DNA of 49,316 nucleotides from a virus. Taxonomy: Duplodnaviria; Caudoviricetes. The stretch lies in IMG/VR virus record IMGVR_UViG_3300032272_000020, positions 1 to 49,316 of that record. One strand, 5' to 3'. Under the pieces are notes generated by a model. It saw nothing but the letters and a program-made list of their open reading frames with translations, was not told where the DNA came from and did not search any database. Each line of letters begins with the position of its first letter. Within the stretch, counting starts at the first letter, position 1. Of the stretch, positions 8,840 to 17,591 are shown piece by piece. A program made the position numbers and the translations under genes.

Positions 8840-11604
8840 TAAGTTATTGCTCCCGCTAAAAATGCTGCACCTTCAGCACTAGCTTTAACTTGTGCTTGCT
8901 GGATTATTGTGGTTAGTAATAGATCAAGAATCGGATCTAGGCCAGCAGTGTCAATTGTGATAGTCGCATCCCCATCTGATACCGCAGCCAGTCTAGCTTG
9001 CTGTAATGCAATTTCAGTTTCTATTAATTCATTTTGAAGGTCAAGTGCTTTTTGCCTAGCAGCAGTCTCTGCCTCGAAAGCATCTTGGATTAATGCTTTT
9101 GTACCAAGTTGGGATATCCCAAAGTTACCAGTTAACAATGAACCCAGTCCGGTCAATGAGGTTCCAGTGTTAGCAATAGTATTATCAATTGATCCTAGTA
9201 CACTTTGGAATTGTTCCAATGCCTGTTGGGCAGATTGTGTTTCTGCAGTTACCTTAACTGTAGCAGTCTTACCATCAATTGCGTCGAGACCTGATGCTGC
9301 TACATTTGCTTTTTCACCCGCCACAGTAAGCGCATTACCAAACTGATCGACCACTGCAGTACTTTCTACCAAATCGGTAGAAGCCTTTTTCGCCGAGCCA
9401 CCTGCTTTGTCAAATTCTTCAGCAGCCTTGGTTAAGTCTGCTATGAATGTATCTGATAAACCATCTTTAGAAGTGACGGTTACTTGATCCAGAGATTCAG
9501 AGAACTCAACGGATGAATCGGAAGCTTCTTCTGTGCTCTTCTTATAGGTATCAATTGCATCAGATGTCTTTAGCAACGATAAAACATTTGCCTTGTTCTC
9601 TGCCGTGTTTTCCATTGTAGCAGCAGTTGCTAAGATCTGTGCATCAGATATCTCATCTGTTAATTTTTTATATTCTTTATAAGTTATGGCACCATCTTGG
9701 AATTGCTTAGCAAGATCTCCAATCTCTTTACCATATATGTCTGTGGCCTCAGCCGCAAACTTTTGCTTATTTGATAGGTCCGTAACATCATCAATGAATC
9801 TTGAGATACTTTGATTATTTAATTCTGCAAACAGACCAATCAGTAATGTGACCGGAATCGCTAGGGCACCAACTGCTGCTGCAAGTCCACCCATTGCTGT
9901 ACCTAAGACACCTGATGCTGCTGCGGTTGTTCCGCCGATTGCACTAAATACACCTAGACCTTTAGTCAGTTTCGAGAACAAACCACCAACTGCTGATAAG
10001 CCTGTTGTCCCAGCTAAGACTCCAAGGGCTACACCGATACCTGATAAAGCTGTACCCACAGTATCTAATATTCCACCTAAACTGTTTAGTAGTTTACCAA
10101 AACCTAATGCTTCACCTGCGGCCTGCTGTTCGGCTTCAGTCAAGTCATTGAATGCTCCAACACTTTGACCTACTACTGAGAAGACACCTTCGAACTCGCT
10201 AATGATGCCAGCAGTTACTTGAGCCAGAGATCCTAGTGTGTCAACAATAAATTGTATAGCACTTGCGAGTCCTTCTGGTGTAGTTAAATCTATATCACCG
10301 AAGACACTACCTAGTGCTCCTTGCACTGAATCCAATCCAGCTAAAATAGGACCGAAGTCCACTTGTTCAATTGCATCTGGGAACGCTTTCGCAATACCTT
10401 GTATTTCTGTATCAAGGGCAGTGAATACTCCGCGCAATGAATTAAATACTTGTTCGAAATTACTCCCAGACAATGAAGCCAATATTGCTTCGTTCAAAGT
10501 TGTAGCTGAATTTGTTACTGCTCCTAGTTGTGGTAAGAATTCGGTACCTACCGCGGCGGCTATATTAACAATTGAATTTGAAAAGCGTTGGAATGCAACT
10601 TCTGTTTTCGCTAATGCTATTTCTAATTCAGCTGCAGCAGATCCTGTTGCTTGATAAGCCGAAGCAGTCGCTTCCAATACCGCTTTTTGATTACTAAGCA
10701 CGATAGAGAACTTAGCTGCCTGTTCAATACCCGCAATCTCTTGGGTGACAAATGTCTTTTGAACATCTGTTAATGTGGGGAATACCTCACTTAATGCCTG
10801 AAGTCTATCCTTGGCGGATACTACTTCAGTGGTATCGATGCCAATAGACTCAAGAGCATCAATGACCGGTTTAGAATCTGAACCTAATTTGAGTAATGAA
10901 GTTCTCAAACCATTAGCGGCTTCTGATCCTGAACCGAATACTTCGATAACAGGAGTTAGAAGACCTGCTGTCTCTTCAAAACTAAATCCGAGCTGTTGTG
11001 AGATAGGAGATATTCTGGCTAATGCTATACCTAGTTCACCGAATGATACGGCTGAGGTATTTGACGCATTATTTAAGATATCAATTAATCGACCAGCTTC
11101 TGCGGCCGGTGCTTGGAAACCATTCAAAGTACGGATTACAGTATCGCCCGCTTGATCCACACCTAGTTCTGAAATGGCCGCGGCAGTTAATGCCTGTTCA
11201 ACAAGGCCCAAAGATTCTTCAATGGTGAATCCAGCCTGTTTAAAGTCTGCTGCCAATGAGATAACATCTGCTTGGCCTACACCAAACTGGTTAGATATGT
11301 TACCAAAAGTATCTGCGAAGTCTGTAGCCTGTCCATCTGTATCACCTAGAACCTTCTGTAATTCAACAAATGAATTCTCTAGGGCAACGGCTTCCTTCGT
11401 GGCGAAGGTGAGGGCCGCTATACCAAGCGCAGTAATTGCCGCGGAGGTAAGTAAGACGGAATCGGACAAATCCGCTAGGGGCTGGGTGGCGCTTTGAACC
11501 CCTGAAGCGACCGAGCTTAGGCCTCCCCCAATATTTTGCGTAACTGGACCAAGGTTATCTACACCAGCAAATATGATTTCGATTGTCTTACTTATATCAG
11601 CCAT
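8839..11604 (-). CDS. Tape measure protein (TP901-like core)
   Basis: 921 aa, Ala/Gly/Leu-rich and helical; GFSFEETAGLL...GSGSEAANGLRT motif; follows the tail chaperones. Confidence 0.92.
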   Translation of the reverse strand: MADISKTIEIIFAGVDNLGPVTQNIGGGLSSVASGVQSATQPLADLSDSVLLTSAAITALGIAALTFATKEAVALENSFVELQKVLGDTDGQATDFADTFGNISNQFGVGQADVISLAADFKQAGFTIEESLGLVEQALTAAAISELGVDQAGDTVIRTLNGFQAPAAEAGRLIDILNNASNTSAVSFGELGIALARISPISQQLGFSFEETAGLLTPVIEVFGSGSEAANGLRTSLLKLGSDSKPVIDALESIGIDTTEVVSAKDRLQALSEVFPTLTDVQKTFVTQEIAGIEQAAKFSIVLSNQKAVLEATASAYQATGSAAAELEIALAKTEVAFQRFSNSIVNIAAAVGTEFLPQLGAVTNSATTLNEAILASLSGSNFEQVFNSLRGVFTALDTEIQGIAKAFPDAIEQVDFGPILAGLDSVQGALGSVFGDIDLTTPEGLASAIQFIVDTLGSLAQVTAGIISEFEGVFSVVGQSVGAFNDLTEAEQQAAGEALGFGKLLNSLGGILDTVGTALSGIGVALGVLAGTTGLSAVGGLFSKLTKGLGVFSAIGGTTAAASGVLGTAMGGLAAAVGALAIPVTLLIGLFAELNNQSISRFIDDVTDLSNKQKFAAEATDIYGKEIGDLAKQFQDGAITYKEYKKLTDEISDAQILATAATMENTAENKANVLSLLKTSDAIDTYKKSTEEASDSSVEFSESLDQVTVTSKDGLSDTFIADLTKAAEEFDKAGGSAKKASTDLVESTAVVDQFGNALTVAGEKANVAASGLDAIDGKTATVKVTAETQSAQQALEQFQSVLGSIDNTIANTGTSLTGLGSLLTGNFGISQLGTKALIQDAFEAETAARQKALDLQNELIETEIALQQARLAAVSDGDATITIDTAGLDPILDLLLTTIIQQAQVKASAEGAAFLAGAIT

Positions 11605-11782
11605 GTTTCTTTTTATCCAATGATTTTGCTTTGTGATTAAAGTAATGCATCCACAATAACTTTTCTACTTCAGTTATAAAACCTTCAGGAAAGATATGTG
11701 GTGCAATCTCAAATAACGGTTTCTTAAACTTATCCCCGAGTACTAGGTAAAGCTTAACATCTTCATCTAACCACAAAGTCAT
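11597..11782 (-). CDS. Tail assembly chaperone, frameshift extension (lambda T-like)
   Basis: Lies in the -1 frame relative to the upstream chaperone and directly precedes the tape measure. Confidence 0.7.
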   Translation of the reverse strand: MTLWLDEDVKLYLVLGDKFKKPLFEIAPHIFPEGFITEVEKLLWMHYFNHKAKSLDKKKHG

Positions 11783-12213
11783 TGCTTTTTTACAGCAACC
11801 TGCCCGAGCCCAGTAAGTTCTAGGATCTTGTTAGTTAGTATGGTAAATTCTACTGGAAAGGTCTCGGCTAATTTAACAGCCATCCCTTCATCGATTTTTG
11901 GCTCGACTGAACCTGTAGTTAGTTGCAGTATTCGTTTTTTCGTATCTAGTGGAACATCAACTACACCCCCTAAGATTTGTGTCACTGCTTCTTTGATTGA
12001 TGGCTTATGACCTGCCGCTGCTTCTAGTAGTGGTCTAAGGTTACTGTCACCTTGAGCACCTTCGCTGCATTTAGCAATTTCAGCATGAGTTAGCCCCTGA
12101 ACTTCAAACTCTGGTTTAGCACCATCTGCAAAGAAGTCCTTGAGGCCGTCAACAGCGACGACCTCAGTTCTTCTCTCAAATTTGGCACTTGCAAATTCGC
12201 TAGAATTGAACAT
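11779..12213 (-). CDS. Tail assembly chaperone (lambda G-like)
   Basis: Between tail tube and tape measure; start MFNSSEF overlaps the tube stop (TAATG) with a GGAGG RBS. Confidence 0.75.
   Translation of the reverse strand: MFNSSEFASAKFERRTEVVAVDGLKDFFADGAKPEFEVQGLTHAEIAKCSEGAQGDSNLRPLLEAAAGHKPSIKEAVTQILGGVVDVPLDTKKRILQLTTGSVEPKIDEGMAVKLAETFPVEFTILTNKILELTGLGQVAVKKQ
11785..11791 (-). other. -1 ribosomal frameshift slippery site A-AAA-AAG
   Basis: Minus strand GTA AAA AAG CAA TGA; the -1 frame reads AAA AAA GCA ATG ACT TTG TGG into the next ORF. Confidence 0.75.
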
Positions 12214-13205
12214 TATGCAGTTACCTCCTCGGCTTCTTCTGCTGCGGTGATTGTACATGCCGCTGAGATTAAATCATCAGCTGGGAATGAACGTGTAACA
12301 CCTAACTTACCTTGTGTCAAGATGGAGTTAGTAGTAGCAAAGCGATTCGGGAAGAATTGGAACCATAGGTTCTGACCCTTCTGTTGGATTACCAAATCAG
12401 TAATACCATCCACTAGCAATGCACTAAACGTACCTTGATTCAGAGTTGATGACGTAGCAGATACTGTACGGCCATAAACCTGAGTAGATGTTGAACTATC
12501 AGAATTTTCAGGTGGTACGAAGTCAGAAGCATCTGACACTTCAGCATAAATTGGAGTGAAGTAAGATGCCTGAACATCACGTGCAACAACACCGGTATGG
12601 ATTGGCTGTAGCCCAGTGATGAAGGTAACATTACCATCACGGTTACTGATAGTGAACACAGGGAACGTAGAACGCTCAACGTGTAATCCAGTTACTTGGA
12701 AGATCTCAGTATCAAGAATTTCAGCAGCTGTGCTATCAGTTAGATGGACTTGACCAATTTCGATTGAACCTACTAAGATTAATGGTGGAGCACCTGCAGT
12801 GCCACGAGCACCTGTTGGGTTTAATGCACCATCAATCCCAGATAGGACGTCGATTGCACCACCACTATCAATCGTGATAGATAAGATCAGAGCAGTGGTT
12901 ACAGCTGCGCGCTCTGTAGCTAAATCAATAGCAGCACCTGCTAAGGCGACACCAGATGCACCAGCTAAAGAGTATGTTAAGTCTGAGAAATCAACGCTGT
13001 CATTAGTTGCGGGCGTAGGTGTAATTACTCCACCTGTGGTTAAACCATCAACTACAACAACAGTTTCTGCTCCATCAGCCGCCGAAAATTGAGGCGAGCC
13101 AGAAGCGGTAAAGACGGTGAAAGCACCATCGGGAGTTAATGAATTTATCGCAATAGGATTTTGTCCTGCTTCGATGTTTACTTTTGCATTTTCTGCGGTA
13201 GCCAT
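12213..13205 (-). CDS. Major tail tube protein
   Basis: Position after the tail terminator and before the chaperones; Thr/Ala/Gly-rich; GGAGG RBS. Confidence 0.75.
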   Translation of the reverse strand: MATAENAKVNIEAGQNPIAINSLTPDGAFTVFTASGSPQFSAADGAETVVVVDGLTTGGVITPTPATNDSVDFSDLTYSLAGASGVALAGAAIDLATERAAVTTALILSITIDSGGAIDVLSGIDGALNPTGARGTAGAPPLILVGSIEIGQVHLTDSTAAEILDTEIFQVTGLHVERSTFPVFTISNRDGNVTFITGLQPIHTGVVARDVQASYFTPIYAEVSDASDFVPPENSDSSTSTQVYGRTVSATSSTLNQGTFSALLVDGITDLVIQQKGQNLWFQFFPNRFATTNSILTQGKLGVTRSFPADDLISAACTITAAEEAEEVTA

Positions 13206-13217
13206 GATAGCCTCCAG

Positions 13218-13703
13218 TTAGATTAAAGTATTAGGATCAAGATTATTGATCGTGTAAGTAAAAGACATTACAGCAAAAACTCCTACCCTTGGTGTAGAAC
13301 CTTGGCTTATAATAGGGCGCAACACATCAAATACCGTTATGAATTGTTTATCCACAAACATTGGCATTGGAGGATCAGTTACTAAAGGATTGCTTGGATC
13401 TCTATACATAGCTATAAACAGATCAGTCATAAAGTCATCACTAATCGTATCTATATCGTCATCATTAGAAAGGGTATAATATTCGAAGCCCATTCTTAAT
13501 GTTCGTTGTTGGCGGGTGTAGAGTTTTCCATCCGCCGTGTCATCAGTCTTCCAAAAGTTAATAGCAGGAAGGTCATCATCTTCAAAGGGACTAACTCGTC
13601 CTTTTTCGATGGTGCTGATATCTGTTGAGTACCCATTGGCCAGACTTATGTTGCCTAACCGAAGGTTGATTTCATCTCTTATGGTAGTCCAAACTGAAGC
13701 CAC
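13218..13703 (-). CDS. Tail terminator/completion protein
   Basis: LGNISLANGYSTDI and DLPAINF motifs; neck-module position. Confidence 0.7.
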   Translation of the reverse strand: MASVWTTIRDEINLRLGNISLANGYSTDISTIEKGRVSPFEDDDLPAINFWKTDDTADGKLYTRQQRTLRMGFEYYTLSNDDDIDTISDDFMTDLFIAMYRDPSNPLVTDPPMPMFVDKQFITVFDVLRPIISQGSTPRVGVFAVMSFTYTINNLDPNTLI

Positions 13704-14308
13704 TATAAATCCTCTAATAAAGTCTTGTTAAGTTCTTTGATAAGAATAGGTATCTGCTTATCGGTCTCGTCTTGAAGTCCTAGTCTTGCCTTTATTATAA
13801 CATCAGGCACTAGCCAAAATAAAGGCCCAATGTTGTCGTCGATGATCATATACTCAGCTCTCCGCGGGGATCTGATCTTTCTGATTGTCGCACCGAGGTT
13901 AAAAGCATCACGAGGTGAAAGCTTAGTTACGCCTGCTCTGGTCTTATTAGCATCACTTGGGATTGCCAAGTAAGGACCGCCATCCAATCCACGGAAAGCT
14001 CTTTTAGCTTTTATAGTTCCACCTTCTTCATGGATTGGTGCATATATAGATCTAGTAAATACTGATGCCTTGAGGGAATTAAGATCTTTCCCAAGGTTCT
14101 GAGTCTTAATAGATCTTTGTAGGTTACCAGATCTGGTTTGAAGACTTGTTGATGGATTCCCATTGAAAGCTCGAACTGTATTTGTCTGGACTGCAAGGAC
14201 TGTTTCAGCTAGGGACTTTTTAGTTTCCACAAACAAAGCTTCAGGGAGCTCTTTTAAAAGTCTCCTGACTTCTTCGATTCCCTTGACTTCAATACCTTGT
14301 TCAGCCAT
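13703..14308 (-). CDS. Neck protein (HK97 gp10-like)
   Basis: IEVKGIEEV, RSGNLQRSI, YAPIHEEGGTI; start moved to MAEQG. Confidence 0.75.
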   Translation of the reverse strand: MAEQGIEVKGIEEVRRLLKELPEALFVETKKSLAETVLAVQTNTVRAFNGNPSTSLQTRSGNLQRSIKTQNLGKDLNSLKASVFTRSIYAPIHEEGGTIKAKRAFRGLDGGPYLAIPSDANKTRAGVTKLSPRDAFNLGATIRKIRSPRRAEYMIIDDNIGPLFWLVPDVIIKARLGLQDETDKQIPILIKELNKTLLEDL

Positions 14309-14309
14309 C

Positions 14310-14882
14310 TTAAAATCCTGGACCGTAGTTTTTATAATTATCCAGTATTCTAATGGTGTAAGGCAATAGATTAAATTCAGGGAATGTTTTTGAGTTACCA
14401 TCTAGGTCTATTTTTGAAGCTGCTGTATTAGCCCGATTCTCAAATTCAAAGGCTATCTGTCTAATAGCAGCAAGTTTTAAATTGCCAGGAGTTGTTGATT
14501 CGATAGTGGCATCTGATGTTTGGTCAACAAGGCCACCAGCATAAGTTATAACCAGCACTGATCCTTTCTCAGCAGTCGCTACTAATTCCAAACTTTCATT
14601 ATCGAAAATATAATCATCAGTGATAACCAATGCATCACCATCTAATGTAACAGACGAAACTGCTGTCATTGGCGTACCTTTAATCCAAAAGCTGCTCTGG
14701 CCTTCAGTGTCAGATATTATAAAAGTTTCAATATGGGTTGTGCTATCAAACAATCTTGTGCAGTAGCCTTCAAATACAGATTGCATGGAATCATTCAAAA
14801 TACCTAACGTTGGATAGTCAGTGAATGAAGCCTTCTTTAATTCCATGTAGGATTTGAGTTCATCGAATGTGGTGAGGGCCAT
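14310..14882 (-). CDS. Head-tail connector/adaptor (gp6-like)
   Basis: LTTFDELKSY, EGYCTRLF, ITYAGG, PGNLKLAAI, ILDNYK pattern. Confidence 0.75.
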   Translation of the reverse strand: MALTTFDELKSYMELKKASFTDYPTLGILNDSMQSVFEGYCTRLFDSTTHIETFIISDTEGQSSFWIKGTPMTAVSSVTLDGDALVITDDYIFDNESLELVATAEKGSVLVITYAGGLVDQTSDATIESTTPGNLKLAAIRQIAFEFENRANTAASKIDLDGNSKTFPEFNLLPYTIRILDNYKNYGPGF

Positions 14883-14893
14883 TTAATATCTCC

Positions 14894-14923
14894 AAAAAAG
14901 GAATGGGGCATTACTGCCTCATT
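14894..14923 (-). terminator. Intrinsic terminator after the capsid-paralog array
   Basis: Minus strand AATGAGGCA-GTAA-TGCCCCATT followed by CC and a T6 run. Confidence 0.65.
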
Positions 14924-14928
14924 GATTA

Positions 14929-15417
14929 TTACTCAGCTGCTACGTAGCGTTGAGGACCAGTTTTCTGAATTGAGAATAAGGCTGGTTCCGTTCCAGCCCC
15001 GTTATGCACAAGAGATAAACGGGCATACCTATAACGTTTAAGCGTAGCACTAGGTGATGCTTCCAATAAATCACCTGACTCAATAACAGCGGGTGGATTC
15101 ACTATGCTACAGTTCCAGCAGAGAACAGCTGAAAGAGGTGCCGTCTCGGTACCATCAATAACAGCTCCGGTATCTGCATCAACTATTTTGTTATCAGGAT
15201 CAGTGTTAACTACTGGATTTGTGAATGCAGCATCTTCTGAAAACTCGATAGTAGGAACAGTCAGGTCTATACCTATAAGGTGGTAAGTAACCAGAGTAGT
15301 TTCACCTGCGCTGAGATCAAAAGCACCTGTTTTGGTAGTTACCCCCCCATTGGGGACAACAAGGCGATTATCAATCAGTGTTGGGTTATAATTTGAAAAA
15401 ATATCACGAACAGCCAT
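14929..15417 (-). CDS. Putative capsid decoration/cement protein, paralog C'
   Basis: MAVRDIFSNY...RYARLSL...KTGPQRYV; paralog of 16021-16488. Confidence 0.6.
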   Translation of the reverse strand: MAVRDIFSNYNPTLIDNRLVVPNGGVTTKTGAFDLSAGETTLVTYHLIGIDLTVPTIEFSEDAAFTNPVVNTDPDNKIVDADTGAVIDGTETAPLSAVLCWNCSIVNPPAVIESGDLLEASPSATLKRYRYARLSLVHNGAGTEPALFSIQKTGPQRYVAAE

Positions 15418-15923
15418 TATGCTTCTCCTGTAAAACGAAGTGGACCTCTAAGACAAATACCAGCACCTATTTCACCAGCATCTGCACTATCATTTACGTA
15501 CAACATGACATAGCGTGAGGTATCAACCGGATTGACAACAGCTGCGACTAATATTAAAGTCCCATTGGCGTCCACATCATAAGGAAATACTGGTGGTAAC
15601 CCTGTCTGCAAATCAATAATGGAATTACCAAGATCACCAGGGTCAGTTGTCGTAAGATTATTCTGAGCTGTAAGATCGGTATTGAAGTCTGTTGTACCGT
15701 CATCAGTGTATTTGAATTCGACACTAGCAATAACAGCACCGTTACCAACATCAGACTTATGCACTAGGAATTCCATGTAAGTAGTTGTACCAACAGATTG
15801 ATCTTGCTGGCGCGTTGTGGAATTCTCAGTCACACCGTTCTGCCCAATATCATTGGCCCCTTCACCTACGAAATTAAGAATCCCAGTAGAGGCATAATTT
15901 GAAAGTATATCACGAATAGCCAT
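15417..15923 (-). CDS. Putative capsid decoration/cement protein, paralog B'
   Basis: MAIRDILSNY...QQDQSVG.TTYME...CLRGPLRF; paralog of 16502-17014. Confidence 0.6.
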   Translation of the reverse strand: MAIRDILSNYASTGILNFVGEGANDIGQNGVTENSTTRQQDQSVGTTTYMEFLVHKSDVGNGAVIASVEFKYTDDGTTDFNTDLTAQNNLTTTDPGDLGNSIIDLQTGLPPVFPYDVDANGTLILVAAVVNPVDTSRYVMLYVNDSADAGEIGAGICLRGPLRFTGEA

Positions 15924-15970
15924 TTGCTATCCTCCTTATATTAATTATTAAGATCCAACAAAGCGTAAAG
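15898..15970. repeat. 73-bp junction repeat, copy 1
   Basis: Matches 16989-17061 with two mismatches by hand alignment. Confidence 0.9.
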
Positions 15971-15974
15971 CCAT
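15948..15974 (-). pseudogene. Collapsed remnant of paralog A (8-codon minigene MALRFVGS)
   Basis: GGAGA RBS, then ATG GCT TTA CGC TTT GTT GGA TCT TAA; the last six codons and stop are identical to the 3' end of 17039-17533. Confidence 0.75.
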
Positions 15975-16020
15975 CTTGTTCTCCAAAAATGATGAGACGT
16001 CCTTGTGTCATTGATTATTG

Positions 16021-16488
16021 TTAAGCACCTACAAAACGTTGTGGTCCAGTCTTAGCTATTGAATTGATAATTCCCGCTACGACACCACTTGGGTTAGTAA
16101 TTACTATCCGCATGTATTGGTAGGCTGTTGCTTGACCACTGATGGGTTCACCAGAGTCAATAACAGCAGGTATATTAACTATCTTAGCATGAAACACACT
16201 AGCGTCTACGGCAGTTGGGAATACCATAGCTGCACCTGTATCTGCATCTAGCAACCCATTACCAGAATCTGCAACGTCATCGACAGGTAAAGTAAAAGCA
16301 GCATCGACTGAGAATTGGATTTTAGCAGCGGTCATTAATGAACCATCTCTCAAGTAATAAGTAACGAGAGTAGTTTCACCTCCATCTAACGGAACAGCAC
16401 CTGTTGCTGTATCTGTCGATATGGCAATAGATACATCTGTATCAATTGTTGTTGGTTTGTAATTTGAAAATATATCACGAACGGCCAT
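16021..16488 (-). CDS. Putative capsid decoration/cement protein, paralog C
   Basis: Start moved to MAVRDIFSNY (AGGAG RBS); ends KTGPQRFVGA. Confidence 0.6.
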   Translation of the reverse strand: MAVRDIFSNYKPTTIDTDVSIAISTDTATGAVPLDGGETTLVTYYLRDGSLMTAAKIQFSVDAAFTLPVDDVADSGNGLLDADTGAAMVFPTAVDASVFHAKIVNIPAVIDSGEPISGQATAYQYMRIVITNPSGVVAGIINSIAKTGPQRFVGA

Positions 16489-16501
16489 TATTTTTCTCCT
16501 A

Positions 16502-17014
16502 TTAAACAGCGTCAGGTGCAGCAACGAAACGAAGCGGACCACGAAGACAAGAACCAATAAATCCTTCATTAGACCCTTGGTCGTCATTCATATGAATGAA
16601 TACGTACTTAAAGGTATCTAATGGGTTCACACAAACTGCGGCGAATTCAGCCCCACCTTCTGCGTCTACATTATATGGGAATACCATTGGTAGTCTAGTT
16701 CTCAAATCAATAATCTGATTACCAAGATTGCCAGGATCTATAGTCGATTTAGTTTCGATGTTAACTTGACTACCATTAAAAGTTGTAGTCGCAGGGCTAT
16801 CATCAGTATATCTGAAATCAATATTCTGTAAGATAGCAGCACCACCAGAGTTAGTAATTACAACTTCCATGTAGGTGGTTGAGCCGACAGATTGATCTTG
16901 TTGTATTGTTGCCGCCCAAGCGTCGAGGCCAGGGCTGCCAGCTGGGTTACCAGTACCACTAAAATCAACGATACCTGTTGAGGCGTTGTTTGAAAGTATG
17001 TCACGAATAGCCAT
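16502..17014 (-). CDS. Putative capsid decoration/cement protein, paralog B
   Basis: MAIRDILSNN...CLRGPLRFV; AAGGAGG RBS. Confidence 0.6.
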   Translation of the reverse strand: MAIRDILSNNASTGIVDFSGTGNPAGSPGLDAWAATIQQDQSVGSTTYMEVVITNSGGAAILQNIDFRYTDDSPATTTFNGSQVNIETKSTIDPGNLGNQIIDLRTRLPMVFPYNVDAEGGAEFAAVCVNPLDTFKYVFIHMNDDQGSNEGFIGSCLRGPLRFVAAPDAV

Positions 17015-17061
17015 GTGCTATCCTCCTTATATTAATTATTAAGATCCAACAAAGCGTAAAG
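16989..17061. repeat. 73-bp junction repeat, copy 2
   Basis: Covers the 3' end of A, the spacer/RBS and the 5' end of B; offset 1091 bp from copy 1. Confidence 0.9.
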
Positions 17062-17533
17062 GTCTCTGCATCGCAATGACTTGCTGAGAAAACATACCTG
17101 TACCGGTAGCCTCAACCTTCAAGCGGTAGTAACGAGTCATCAGTTTATCAGGTGCTTCAGTTATTGATAGAGATGAATTTGCTGGGTTATTCACAATGAT
17201 TAAATGCTTGTAGAACGGTTCATCATCAGTAATTATTACCTGATTATTAGCTAGTATATTACCATCTAGATCAGTTACGGTGTTACCTAAGTTCTGATCA
17301 GCTACTTCATCGTAGAAGTCTCCATCAACAGTTGTCTCAGAATACTGGTTTATGAAAGTCATTGTAACAGGTACAACATCTTGAACCGCAGTTGTAATCA
17401 TTAAAGCTATAGTTCCAGATGCGGATAAATCCACTGCTGAAGTTATTAGTGGAGTCCCCACTAATATATCTTCACCTTGTACAAGAATGATACTAGACAT
17501 TCCAGTGCTTGAAAGTAAATCACGAACTGCCAT
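17039..17533 (-). CDS. Putative capsid decoration/cement protein, paralog A
   Basis: Directly after the MCP; MAVRDLLS...RYYRLKV...RPLRFVGS resembles the small RD...RYxRL...P proteins that often follow HK97-type MCP genes. Confidence 0.6.
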   Translation of the reverse strand: MAVRDLLSSTGMSSIILVQGEDILVGTPLITSAVDLSASGTIALMITTAVQDVVPVTMTFINQYSETTVDGDFYDEVADQNLGNTVTDLDGNILANNQVIITDDEPFYKHLIIVNNPANSSLSITEAPDKLMTRYYRLKVEATGTGMFSQQVIAMQRPLRFVGS

Positions 17534-17556
17534 TGCAATTCTCCTTTAGTTAAACC

Positions 17557-17585
17557 AAGAGGTAGGTAGTTGCCTACCTACTCAT
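17557..17585 (-). terminator. Hairpin after the MCP (attenuator/terminator)
   Basis: Minus strand GTAGGTAG-GCAA-CTACCTAC followed by CTCTT; weak U tract. Confidence 0.5.
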
Positions 17586-17591
17586 TAGTCA

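Noticed and set aside
9848-11497. Plus-strand ORFs inside the tape measure gene
   Set aside because: Antisense shadows of Ala/Gly/Leu codons; no RBS or motifs.
14929-17533. CRISPR array, DGR or invertase shufflon as the explanation for the repeats
   Set aside because: The repeats are coding gene termini about 500 bp apart in direct orientation; no reverse transcriptase, adenine-specific TR/VR pair or site-specific recombinase was found.
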